A stretch of DNA of 64,000 nucleotides from Candidatus Bathyarchaeota archaeon (lineage in GTDB: Archaea > Thermoproteota > Bathyarchaeia > 40CM-2-53-6). A program made the translations under genes and the position numbers. The notes below the pieces were generated by a model. The model did not search any database. It was not told the origin of the DNA and saw nothing but the letters and a program-made list of their open reading frames with translations. Shown piece by piece: positions 40,397 to 49,268 of this stretch (the stretch's first letter is position 1; the number at the start of each line of letters is the position of its first letter). The stretch spans positions 864,001-928,000 of the forward strand of contig CAVTBR010000001.1 of assembly GCA_963733055.1 (NCBI GenBank), given 5' to 3'.

Positions 40397-41767
40397 ATGG
40401 TTAGTCAATCTGCGTTAGACAGTGTTCTGAAGAGAGTTAAAGAAGAGAAAATTAATCTGATTAAATTCCAGTGGCTCGGGAACGATCTGATTCCGCGCGC
40501 AATGGTTTCACATGCGGATTTCTTAGCCGAGCAAATGAGGGATGGGATCGGTATTCCCATGGCGCTCCAATGCTTCAATGTTCTCGACAAGGTAGCTTAT
40601 GAAGGGTCTTGGGGTTCCGAAGCCCCAGAACTCAAGATCATGCCCGACCCAACTACCTTCTCACCCCTACCCTACGCCCCGGGAAGTGCACGAATGATGG
40701 GCGAGCTTTGGGATCTAGACTTGCAGCCGCATATCACTGATGCGAGGTATTTCCTCCGCAGGATGATTGGGAAAGCTCATGAGATGGGGTACTCTCCGAT
40801 GGTCTCGTGCGAGACTGAGTTTTATGTCTTGCACGCGGATGGGGAAAACATAACACCTTTCGTAAACACGAAGTTCGCTACTAGTTATGGTTACGACCTT
40901 TACAACGACTATATTCAGGAAGTCGTGTCAAACCTTTCGACGATGGGAGTTCATCTTGAGCGATTGAAGAAAGAGTACGGGCACGCACAAATAGAGCCCA
41001 GCTTCAGGTACACTGATGCGTTGGCGGCTGCTGATAGTTTCGTCGCTGTGAAGGACGTTACTAAGGCCATTGCCGCAAAGCGTGGATTGTTCGCGTCTTT
41101 CATGCCGAAGCCTTTCGTTGGTCTTCCAGGAAGCGGTTGCCATATACACTTGAGCCTGTTCGACTTGAAAACGAAACGCAACGTCTTCTATGATTCAAAT
41201 GACAAAAGAGGGTGCAAGATGAGCCAGCTAGGATACGGGTTCATCGGGGGAGCATTGAAGCATATGAACGGAATAAGCATCTTCGGAGCGCCATTATCTA
41301 ATTCCTACAAACGCCTGCTGCCCGGAAGTTGGGCACCCGCCCACGTCTGTTACGGTTACGATCATAGAGGAGTTGCCATCAGAATCCCGTCAACCTCTCC
41401 TCACGCCGACGGTTCAGGCCAAAGAGTAGAATACCGTGTGCCTGATCCCTCCTGCAACCCTTACCTGGCCGTGGGAACCCTACTCGCCGCAGGTCTCGAA
41501 GGCATCAAGAACCAAATTGATCCAGGCGAACCACTGAAGGAAGACCCAGCACGTCTTAGCGATCAAGAACTCGAGCGAAGAGGAATTCTATGGCTACCGA
41601 GGACGGTAGGTGAGGCCATAGCCGAAGCCAAGAAAGACCCGTTCATAAAGGAAACCCTTGGCGAGGTAGCGTTCCGAGAACACATTAAGGTAAGAGAATC
41701 GGAATGGCGCGACTACCGCGAACAGGTCACACCATGGGAAGTCCAGAACTATCTAACTTCAATCTAA
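40397..41767 (+). CDS. Glutamine synthetase family protein (possibly a gamma-glutamyl-amine ligase)
   Basis: ETEFY, E.G..Q.E, FMPKPF....GSGCHIHLSL, NSYKRL, RIP and EYRVPDPSCNPY. Confidence 0.9.
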   Translation: MVSQSALDSVLKRVKEEKINLIKFQWLGNDLIPRAMVSHADFLAEQMRDGIGIPMALQCFNVLDKVAYEGSWGSEAPELKIMPDPTTFSPLPYAPGSARMMGELWDLDLQPHITDARYFLRRMIGKAHEMGYSPMVSCETEFYVLHADGENITPFVNTKFATSYGYDLYNDYIQEVVSNLSTMGVHLERLKKEYGHAQIEPSFRYTDALAAADSFVAVKDVTKAIAAKRGLFASFMPKPFVGLPGSGCHIHLSLFDLKTKRNVFYDSNDKRGCKMSQLGYGFIGGALKHMNGISIFGAPLSNSYKRLLPGSWAPAHVCYGYDHRGVAIRIPSTSPHADGSGQRVEYRVPDPSCNPYLAVGTLLAAGLEGIKNQIDPGEPLKEDPARLSDQELERRGILWLPRTVGEAIAEAKKDPFIKETLGEVAFREHIKVRESEWRDYREQVTPWEVQNYLTSI

Positions 41768-41817
41768 CCAACGCGTAACCCCTGCCGATAGTACTAACGC
41801 TTGAAACGACTGGCAAA

Positions 41818-42930
41818 CTAACTCTTTAGGCGCGACACAAATTTTCCGAATCTCTCCAGCCCCGCCATCAAATCTTCCTCCTTAACAGCGAAAGAAATCC
41901 GCACAAAATCTTTCCCACGCTCACCAAACAAGTTTCCGGGCAGCACTCCAACTCGTTCGCGTTGAAGTAGTTGATAAGCAAATTCCTCACCGGTCATGCC
42001 TGTCTCGGCAACATTAACCCACGTGTAGAATGTTCCTTGTGGCGGAAGCGCCCCAATCAGGGGAATCTCAGAGAGGCTCTCCAAGACTAATTTTCGCCGA
42101 GCCGCGAATTGACCGACCATTCGGTTGATCGTGAGGGTCATTCTCGGATCCGTTAGAGCGCTAAATGCAGCCTTTTGCGAGATCGTACTTGCGCAAACCA
42201 AGACATATCCATTCAGAGCAACGATTTTCTCGACAATCTCCGGAGGTCCGGCTAGATATCCAACTCGCCAACCAGTCATCGCGTAAGCTTTGGAGAACCC
42301 GTTACTCGTGATAACACGTCCCTTGAAATCAGACAACGATGCGGGGCTTACATGCTCATAACCCGAGTAGAGTATTTTTTCATAAACCTCATCGGAAATG
42401 ACCGTCAGATCATATTTCTCCGCGAGTTCTCCAAGCGCCCGAATGTTCTCGTTAGAGAGGATGATTCCCGTAGGGTTACTTGGACTGTTTAAAATCAGAA
42501 CCTTAGTCTTTTCAGTGATTCGTCTCTCAGCCTCATCAACATCCAGCGACACGTTATTCGTCAGATTCAGGGGAACAGGGATTGGTTTTGCTCCACAGAG
42601 GCCGACGAGCGTCGTGTAGTGGAACCATGAGGGGTCTGGGACGAGGACTTCATCCCCTGGATCAACCAAGGCTAGCAACGCTGAGAAAATCCCTGAAGAT
42701 GAACCTGGAGTGATTAGAATGTCACTCTCATAGTCGCATTGGATTCCATTGTCGCGTCGGAGTTTTTCCGCGACAGCTCTTCTAAGCTCATCAAGGCCCG
42801 TGGCCGGGCTGTAGTGCGTCCATCCCTCGTCGATAGCTCTCTTCCCTGCTTCCCTCACGAAATCTGGTGTTTCGAAATCCGGTTCGCCTACGCTAAGGCG
42901 AATCACATCCCGGGGAAGTTTGAGTGCCAA
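41818..42930 (-). CDS. PLP-dependent class I/II aminotransferase (AspC-like); N-terminus probably extends to about 42987
   Basis: GEPDF, NSPSNPTG, DEVYE and GFSKAYAMTGWRVG. Confidence 0.93.
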   Translation of the reverse strand: MALKLPRDVIRLSVGEPDFETPDFVREAGKRAIDEGWTHYSPATGLDELRRAVAEKLRRDNGIQCDYESDILITPGSSSGIFSALLALVDPGDEVLVPDPSWFHYTTLVGLCGAKPIPVPLNLTNNVSLDVDEAERRITEKTKVLILNSPSNPTGIILSNENIRALGELAEKYDLTVISDEVYEKILYSGYEHVSPASLSDFKGRVITSNGFSKAYAMTGWRVGYLAGPPEIVEKIVALNGYVLVCASTISQKAAFSALTDPRMTLTINRMVGQFAARRKLVLESLSEIPLIGALPPQGTFYTWVNVAETGMTGEEFAYQLLQRERVGVLPGNLFGERGKDFVRISFAVKEEDLMAGLERFGKFVSRLKS

Positions 42931-43079
42931 CTTGAATGGTTCGGGAGAAATCTGGCTTACACGTTGCGCGATTTTTCTTCCCGCTAAGACGATCGCCTCC
43001 GGAGTCGGCTTCGTAGCCCTCTATTAGTGGCCTATAGGTTCTTCGTGGTATGAGAGTTCGTCGGAGGTTCCAGACAACT

Positions 43080-44081
43080 TTGTCAAGAACCAAATTATCA
43101 AGCGTCAGGGTGACTGTGCCCGCCTCCACCGCAAACCTCGGGGCAGGCTTTGATGTGCTTTCGATTGCTTTAGAGTCGCCACGACTTGAACTAGAATTTC
43201 AGGCGGCCGATTCTGGGATAAGGACGATACGGGTTGATGGCGCTTACGCTGATGCGGTTAGTACAGATCCCAACCTGAATGCGGCAGGTAAAGCGCTCTC
43301 GGCTGTCTTTGAGAGGTTTGGGAAACCAGAAGGATACACTCTGCGAATGAGGGTCAACATACCGCCAAAGAAAGGATTAGGATTGTCAGGGGCCGAAGCT
43401 GTTGGAGCGGTTTTCTGTGCCGACCGAGTCTTCAAACTGGGACTAGAGGGACAATCTCTAGTTCAGCTCGCCGGAGAAGCGGAACCATCACATCATATGG
43501 ATAATGCCTCTGCGTCAGCACTCGGCGGATTTAATATCGTTTCCACAAACCCGCTAGACGCAGGACACGAGATCACAACAATCCGACCGCCGACCGACCT
43601 GGGAGTAGCACTTTTGATACCGAACGTTGAGAAGAGTTCGACAGAGGCGACACGCCAACTTCTACCTTCCACGATCCCCACTCCAGACCACATTCAGTCG
43701 ATGGGTTATGTGGCGAAGATCGCATCCGCGTTCGCCATGCGTGACGTGAAAACTATCATCGAAACCCTGCCATGGGACGAGATCATTGAACCATTACGGG
43801 CGGATGACGGTGTTTACGGGAAGGGAATAGATTCATCGTTCTTGCGAAACGAAAAGAAAATGCTACTTAAGCGATTCCATGTTGCAGAAACCATCAGCGG
43901 GGCGGGTCCATCCCGCGCGCTATGGTACAGTATCTCCGACGATCTTAGGCGGCGGAAGAATAAGACCGGTCTCATTCAACCAGCTATCGCGCTAGTGTCG
44001 GACAGGTTAGAGTCTCTTGGGTACGAAGTCATGGAAGTATTTCTCACCAAACCCTCTGCAAAGGGGGTCATAATTATCTAG
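43080..44081 (+). CDS. thrB: Homoserine kinase (GHMP family)
   Basis: VPASTANLGAGFD, IPPKKGLG, HMDN and ISGAGPS; adjacent to thrC; TTG at 43080 follows GGAGG. Confidence 0.88.
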   Translation: MSRTKLSSVRVTVPASTANLGAGFDVLSIALESPRLELEFQAADSGIRTIRVDGAYADAVSTDPNLNAAGKALSAVFERFGKPEGYTLRMRVNIPPKKGLGLSGAEAVGAVFCADRVFKLGLEGQSLVQLAGEAEPSHHMDNASASALGGFNIVSTNPLDAGHEITTIRPPTDLGVALLIPNVEKSSTEATRQLLPSTIPTPDHIQSMGYVAKIASAFAMRDVKTIIETLPWDEIIEPLRADDGVYGKGIDSSFLRNEKKMLLKRFHVAETISGAGPSRALWYSISDDLRRRKNKTGLIQPAIALVSDRLESLGYEVMEVFLTKPSAKGVIII

Positions 44082-44098
44082 AACTTGTTCCCGAGTCG

Positions 44099-45277
44099 AT
44101 GCTCACAATGAAACGAAGTCCATACCATTACCTCGAATGCATCGAGTGTTCAGCGAGATTCAAACCGACTCAAATCTACACCTGCCCAAAATGTGGCAAC
44201 TTACTTCAGATCGGTTACAAATATCAATCATTAAGGCGCAGATTCATTGCCTCAATCCGAAAATCTGACCCGATTTCGGTTTGGCGGTACAAGAATCTTC
44301 TTCCTTCATCAAGACGTAGTGCCGTGAGCCTCGGGGAGGGCGGAACACCGCTATCTCCCTCGGTTCGGCTCAAAGATCAATGGGGACTTTATGATGTCTA
44401 CTTCAAGAACGAAGGACAAAACCCAACGGGGTCGTTCAAAGATAGGGGTATGACTGTAGCAATTACAAGAGCTGTCGAGCTAGGCGCGAGAACCGTGATA
44501 TGTGCCTCGACTGGGAACACTTCAGCGTCGATGGCGGCCTACGCCGTGCGAGCGGGCATGCGGGCCGTGGTGCTTATTCCAGCGGGGAAGGTCGCCAAGG
44601 GGAAACTTCTTCAAGCCGTAGTTCACGGAGCGAGAATCCAGCAGGTGAGCGGAAACTTTGATGCTGCTCTCGAAAAAGCCAGAAAGGTGGCTCAAAACAG
44701 GAAACTCTACCTCGTCAATTCTTTAAATCCCTACCGAATAGAGGGCCAGAAGACCCTAGCACTCGAAATCTGGGAACAGCTTCACCACACGGTTCCGAAC
44801 GCAATCATCGTCCCGGTAGGAAACGCGGGCAACATTAGCGCCATCTGGAAAGGATTCTGGGAACTACGGAAGCTCAGGCTCACAAACCGCACGCCAAGAA
44901 TGATCGGCATCCAGGCCTCAGGCGCAGCACCCATAGCGGCTGCATACGCTAAGCGACAGAGCCGAGTAATCCCATGGAAACACCCTCAGACTTCAGCAAG
45001 TGCGATTCGAATCGGTGCCCCCGCGAGTTGGAAGAAGGCGCTGAGAGCTGTGAAGGATTCAGGAGGAACGATGCTAACCGTTTCAGATAACGAAATATCT
45101 CGAGCTCAACGCCTGCTTGCAAATCAGGAAGGGATATTCGCGGAACCAGCTAGCTCGGCATCGGTTGCCGGGCTAGCAAAAGCGGCAAAGTTAGGTTTAG
45201 TTAAACCTCGAGACCGCGTAGTCTGCATCATAACCGGCCACGGACTCAAAGACCAACAAGCAGTCGGCATTAGCTGA
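44099..45277 (+). CDS. thrC: Threonine synthase
   Basis: N-terminal Zn ribbon, LGEGGTP, NPTGSFKDRG, ASTGNTSAS, PVGNAGN and TGHGLKD. Confidence 0.95.
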   Translation: MLTMKRSPYHYLECIECSARFKPTQIYTCPKCGNLLQIGYKYQSLRRRFIASIRKSDPISVWRYKNLLPSSRRSAVSLGEGGTPLSPSVRLKDQWGLYDVYFKNEGQNPTGSFKDRGMTVAITRAVELGARTVICASTGNTSASMAAYAVRAGMRAVVLIPAGKVAKGKLLQAVVHGARIQQVSGNFDAALEKARKVAQNRKLYLVNSLNPYRIEGQKTLALEIWEQLHHTVPNAIIVPVGNAGNISAIWKGFWELRKLRLTNRTPRMIGIQASGAAPIAAAYAKRQSRVIPWKHPQTSASAIRIGAPASWKKALRAVKDSGGTMLTVSDNEISRAQRLLANQEGIFAEPASSASVAGLAKAAKLGLVKPRDRVVCIITGHGLKDQQAVGIS

Positions 45278-45352
45278 AGAACATACTTCATCGCTGTTGA
45301 AGGTTACGCTCCGAGCTTCTGTGCTTGTTTTGCTCGTTTCCAGGTCCGTTTG

Positions 45353-45679
45353 CTAAAGAATTGAGTGTTCATCAATGTACAATGAAGTTAGGCTTCCGGC
45401 AAAGTTCTCCGTGTCCTTCTGTGTTGCCTTGCCTTCGGGTGAGTTGAACGCTTGTTTCATGCTGTCTGTATCATTGAACCATAGTTCCACGAGGCCATTG
45501 TAATCGGGCTCCCGGTTAGGAGGTCTCTTTACCACGTTCACAACGTACTTTCTGAGACCAGGCATTTTCTGGGCTAACGGCGCGTGAATCTCTAACCAGT
45601 ACTTTGCGAAATCATCATCGGTCAACCCCGCTCGCTTCTTTAGCAATATGATCATCTTGAACAAGGAAGTCCCACTCAC
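45353..45679 (-). CDS. EthD family (Dabb) protein
   Basis: F..YW...HAPLA.KMPGL..Y...ELWF pattern. Confidence 0.85.
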   Translation of the reverse strand: MSGTSLFKMIILLKKRAGLTDDDFAKYWLEIHAPLAQKMPGLRKYVVNVVKRPPNREPDYNGLVELWFNDTDSMKQAFNSPEGKATQKDTENFAGSLTSLYIDEHSIL

Positions 45680-45854
45680 TTTTCTATGCTCGACACAACC
45701 GTTCGAACTGCCAAATTAACCGTTTTGATGCAGCTCAAGACGATCACCTACCCATCCCCCGATCGGTCTTAATCCAAATAAGGTACTCATCCAACTTCAG
45801 TAATCCTGTTACACCACAACTGGCTAGTTAGTAAGAAGAAGAAACAAGTCTCGG

Positions 45855-47156
45855 GTGAAAAAGATGCTTGACATGAGATTCGTTCGTGAAAATGTTGATC
45901 TGGTCAAAGAGAACCTCACACGTCGGGGCGAATTAGACAAGCTTCCTTGGGTGGATCAACTAATCGACGACGACAAGAAATGGCGGAGTGTTCAGAGCGA
46001 AGCGAATAATCTTCGGGCCAAGAGAAATAAGCTCACGGAAGAAATCGCGCAGTTACGAAGAAAGGGTGAAGACACTTCAAGTCTGGTCAAGCAAGCTGAA
46101 CAAATCCCCGACCAAATCAAGCATCTTGAGCAAGAAACGGCTGACCTTGAAAAGAAGGTAACTAGCATACTCACGAATTTGCCAAATATCATGCATGAAA
46201 GCGTGCCTTACGGTAAAGATGAGAACGACAATCTTGAAGTGAGAAAGTGGGGAATTTCTTCGGGGTTCGACTTTCAACCGAAAGACCACATCGACCTCGC
46301 CACAGGTTTGGGGCTTATCGACATGGAGCGAGCTGCGAAGGTTGCGGGCAGTAGATTCTACTACCTCAGGGGCGACTTGGTAAAGCTAAACCACGCGTTA
46401 ATCATGTTCGCCTTAGATTTCATTGAGAAGAAAGGATACAAGCTGACGCTTCCTCCGTACCTTCTACGAAGAGAAGCAGTCGGTGGTGCTGTAGCCCTCT
46501 CAGATTTCGAGGACGTGATATACAAAATCGAGGGCGAGGATCTTTACTTGCTAGCCACGTCCGAGCATGCTTTGCTTGCTCAGCATATGGATGAGATACT
46601 GGATGGCAAGTGTCTTCCTTTGAGGTACGCTGGTGTAAGTCCTAACTTCAGAAAAGAGGCTGGTGCACATGGCCGGGATACGAAGGGTATCTTCCGGACA
46701 CACCAGTTCGAGAAGGTTGAACAATTCATATTTTGCAAACCCGACCAATCATGGGTGGAACATGAGAAACTAATCGCTAACGCCGAAGAGTTCGTTCAAT
46801 TGCTAAAGCTACCCTATCGAATCGTCAACGTTTGTACTGGTGACCTAGGAACTGTTGCAGCAAAAAAGTATGATTTGGAAGCTTGGCTGCCGGGTCAGGG
46901 GAAATACCGAGAGATCGTATCATGCAGTAACTGCACAGCCTACCAAGCCGTGCGATCCAAAGTCAGGTTTAGAGTTAAGCCCGGCGAGCCAACCCAGTGG
47001 GTTCACACGCTTAACAGCACTCTAGTGGCGACTGAAAGAACACTAGTCGCCATCATGGAGAATTATCAAACGAAAGACGGGTCGATCGCTCTCCCCGATT
47101 CACTGCAAGCGTACATGGGGAATGCCACAAAGATCAAGCCTTTCACTTCGCAGTAA
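45855..47156 (+). CDS. serS: Seryl-tRNA synthetase
   Basis: MLD N-terminus, coiled-coil arm, ATSE, FRKEAG, HQFEKVE, EIVSCSNC and HTLNST. Confidence 0.97.
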   Translation: MKKMLDMRFVRENVDLVKENLTRRGELDKLPWVDQLIDDDKKWRSVQSEANNLRAKRNKLTEEIAQLRRKGEDTSSLVKQAEQIPDQIKHLEQETADLEKKVTSILTNLPNIMHESVPYGKDENDNLEVRKWGISSGFDFQPKDHIDLATGLGLIDMERAAKVAGSRFYYLRGDLVKLNHALIMFALDFIEKKGYKLTLPPYLLRREAVGGAVALSDFEDVIYKIEGEDLYLLATSEHALLAQHMDEILDGKCLPLRYAGVSPNFRKEAGAHGRDTKGIFRTHQFEKVEQFIFCKPDQSWVEHEKLIANAEEFVQLLKLPYRIVNVCTGDLGTVAAKKYDLEAWLPGQGKYREIVSCSNCTAYQAVRSKVRFRVKPGEPTQWVHTLNSTLVATERTLVAIMENYQTKDGSIALPDSLQAYMGNATKIKPFTSQ

Positions 47157-47194
47157 ACGGTATAAGCGGTTAAACTGTACGACGAAACGACTCA

Positions 47195-48397
47195 TTGATG
47201 GCCAAGTTATCCTCTCGAATCGACAGGATTCACACTTCTCCCATTCGCAGAGTTGCCGGTCTCCTAGACGAGGCGCGCGAACGCAGCGACATTATCTCAT
47301 TCGGAGGAGGCGCGCCCAGCCTTCCACCACCCAAGAAATTTCTCGACGAATTCAGTCGGCTATTGAAGGAAAATCCCTTGAGAAGCTGCGGATACACTGG
47401 AACAAAGGGTATTCCGCAACTTCGAGAAGCCGTGGCACAAGACGTGAAGAAGTACGGCCGCGTTAACTTCGACCCTCACTCCGAAATAATCGTAACGACC
47501 GGCGCAACAGAATCCATCTACACCACACTCATGTCCATCGTCGACCCAGGCGACGAAGTGATCATCACGGATCCGACTTATCTTGGATACGGGGAGACGA
47601 TTGAGCTTGCACAAGGACGGCCTAGGTGGATCCCAGTCCATGTCGTCAATGGGTATCAACCGGATGACGAGCAACTCAAGGAGGCGGTCTCACAGAAAAC
47701 TAAAGCAATGATCGTGCTTTCCCCAGACAACCCCACTGGTAGAATTATCAATGAATCTTTTGTCAAAACCCTCATAGATTTGGCGGTGGATCACGACTTC
47801 TGGATAATCAGCGATGACATCTACAAACACATTATCTACGAGGGAGAACACCAATGGATCAGTCGCTTTCCCGAAGCCAAGGAACGCACGATTACGGTCT
47901 GCAGTTTCTCGAAGGAAGCTGGTATACCAGGCTTAAGGCTCGGGTATACCCTGGCTTCGAAGCAAGTAATTGATTCGATCGAGAAACTCCAACAGTACTG
48001 CACTTTGGCCCCTGAAAGCATCGCGCAATTCGCGCTCGTGAAATTCCTTAACGAAGACATGAAAGCACACTACATCAAAGAATCATTGACTAATTACCTC
48101 AGCAAACGGGACCTGATGGATAGCGCGATACAACAGTATCTGCCATTGGCCAAAACCGTAAAGCCGGCAGGCGCCTTCTACTACTTCGTCGATGTGCGCA
48201 ATTATCTCACGAAAGCTAGCCAAACCGAAGAGGAATTTGCAGAACAACTGCTTAGAACCGAAAACGTTGCAGTGATTCCAGGCCGATTCTTCGGGGATAA
48301 CGGAATCGGACACGTCAGGATGACTTTTGTAACCGAACCAGAAGAACGAATCAAACTCGGCATGGAGAAGATCCATCAATTTTGCGAGGCATTGTAG
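47195..48397 (+). CDS. PLP-dependent class I/II aminotransferase
   Basis: SPDNPTG, DDIY and SFSKEAGIPGLRLG. Confidence 0.92.
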   Translation: MMAKLSSRIDRIHTSPIRRVAGLLDEARERSDIISFGGGAPSLPPPKKFLDEFSRLLKENPLRSCGYTGTKGIPQLREAVAQDVKKYGRVNFDPHSEIIVTTGATESIYTTLMSIVDPGDEVIITDPTYLGYGETIELAQGRPRWIPVHVVNGYQPDDEQLKEAVSQKTKAMIVLSPDNPTGRIINESFVKTLIDLAVDHDFWIISDDIYKHIIYEGEHQWISRFPEAKERTITVCSFSKEAGIPGLRLGYTLASKQVIDSIEKLQQYCTLAPESIAQFALVKFLNEDMKAHYIKESLTNYLSKRDLMDSAIQQYLPLAKTVKPAGAFYYFVDVRNYLTKASQTEEEFAEQLLRTENVAVIPGRFFGDNGIGHVRMTFVTEPEERIKLGMEKIHQFCEAL

Positions 48398-48446
48398 TTC
48401 GGCTAGATTTTGGCCTGTACTTGTTTTGCTAGCGTATCTATTGCAT

Positions 48447-49136
48447 CTAAGATATTTTTGTCTTCGAGAGATAATCTTTGAGGCCGTTCCAGCCCTTGTC
48501 TGTTTTGATCCTCACAGTTGCGAAAGCTTGCTTTCCCGTCAAGGTTCGAGGTTCTTCCCCTGTTATTTCACGAATCATGAATCGAGCTGCACTCAGCACC
48601 TCGCCGTTAAGTTCCGCTTCCGCATGATCGCCTAGGTGGCAAATGAGGGCTTCAATTGTCATCGGTCCCATGGGTCCGAACTGCCTGCCGTGACTTGCAG
48701 CTACGACATGTACCGCATCTAAGGGGAAGTCTCTTCGGACTAACTCCGCAGTGGCGAGTGTTAGGTGATCAAGCCTCTCGGCTAAATCCGAACGACGATA
48801 TCTTCCGTCCCCTCGCTCAATATAGGTAGCGGGTTTGAAGATGTCATGCAAGAGGACGCCACAGATTACAAGGTCCTTGTTCACTCGGCAATTGTAGAGG
48901 TCTTCAACGATTTTTGATAAGGCCATGCAAAGTTGGTAGAGAGCCAGTGTGTGTTCCACGAATCCGCCTGGGTAGTTGTGATGGTGCCATACGCTAGCAG
49001 GGGATTTCTCGGTCGGTATTCCGGAGTAGGTTTTGCCCCCGATCTTGATTGATGGGTTCTGAAGTAACCCGTGAACTTTCTGTCGGAGTTTTCTATCTTG
49101 GATTCGGTTGACGACTGTAAGGAGATTCTTGTCCAA
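48447..49136 (-). CDS. mptB: HD-domain phosphodiesterase, MptB (MJ0837)-like dihydroneopterin 2',3'-cyclic phosphate phosphodiesterase
   Basis: SPAS..HH.YPGG.VEHT, LLHDIFKP, LDHLTLATAELVRRDFP, SHG and P.TIEA..H..D match my recollection of the MJ0837 family. Confidence 0.78.
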   Translation of the reverse strand: MDKNLLTVVNRIQDRKLRQKVHGLLQNPSIKIGGKTYSGIPTEKSPASVWHHHNYPGGFVEHTLALYQLCMALSKIVEDLYNCRVNKDLVICGVLLHDIFKPATYIERGDGRYRRSDLAERLDHLTLATAELVRRDFPLDAVHVVAASHGRQFGPMGPMTIEALICHLGDHAEAELNGEVLSAARFMIREITGEEPRTLTGKQAFATVRIKTDKGWNGLKDYLSKTKIS

Positions 49137-49268
49137 TGAAACCTTCGCTATAGTTCGCCTTTGTGCAATTAAATGTGGGCTATGCGGAATTTTGGTTTCA
49201 GTGGGACATCGTGCAGGTTTGAGCTTAGATCGGCGGATTTCGGTCGGGGCGTATTCAGGGACTGGTAG

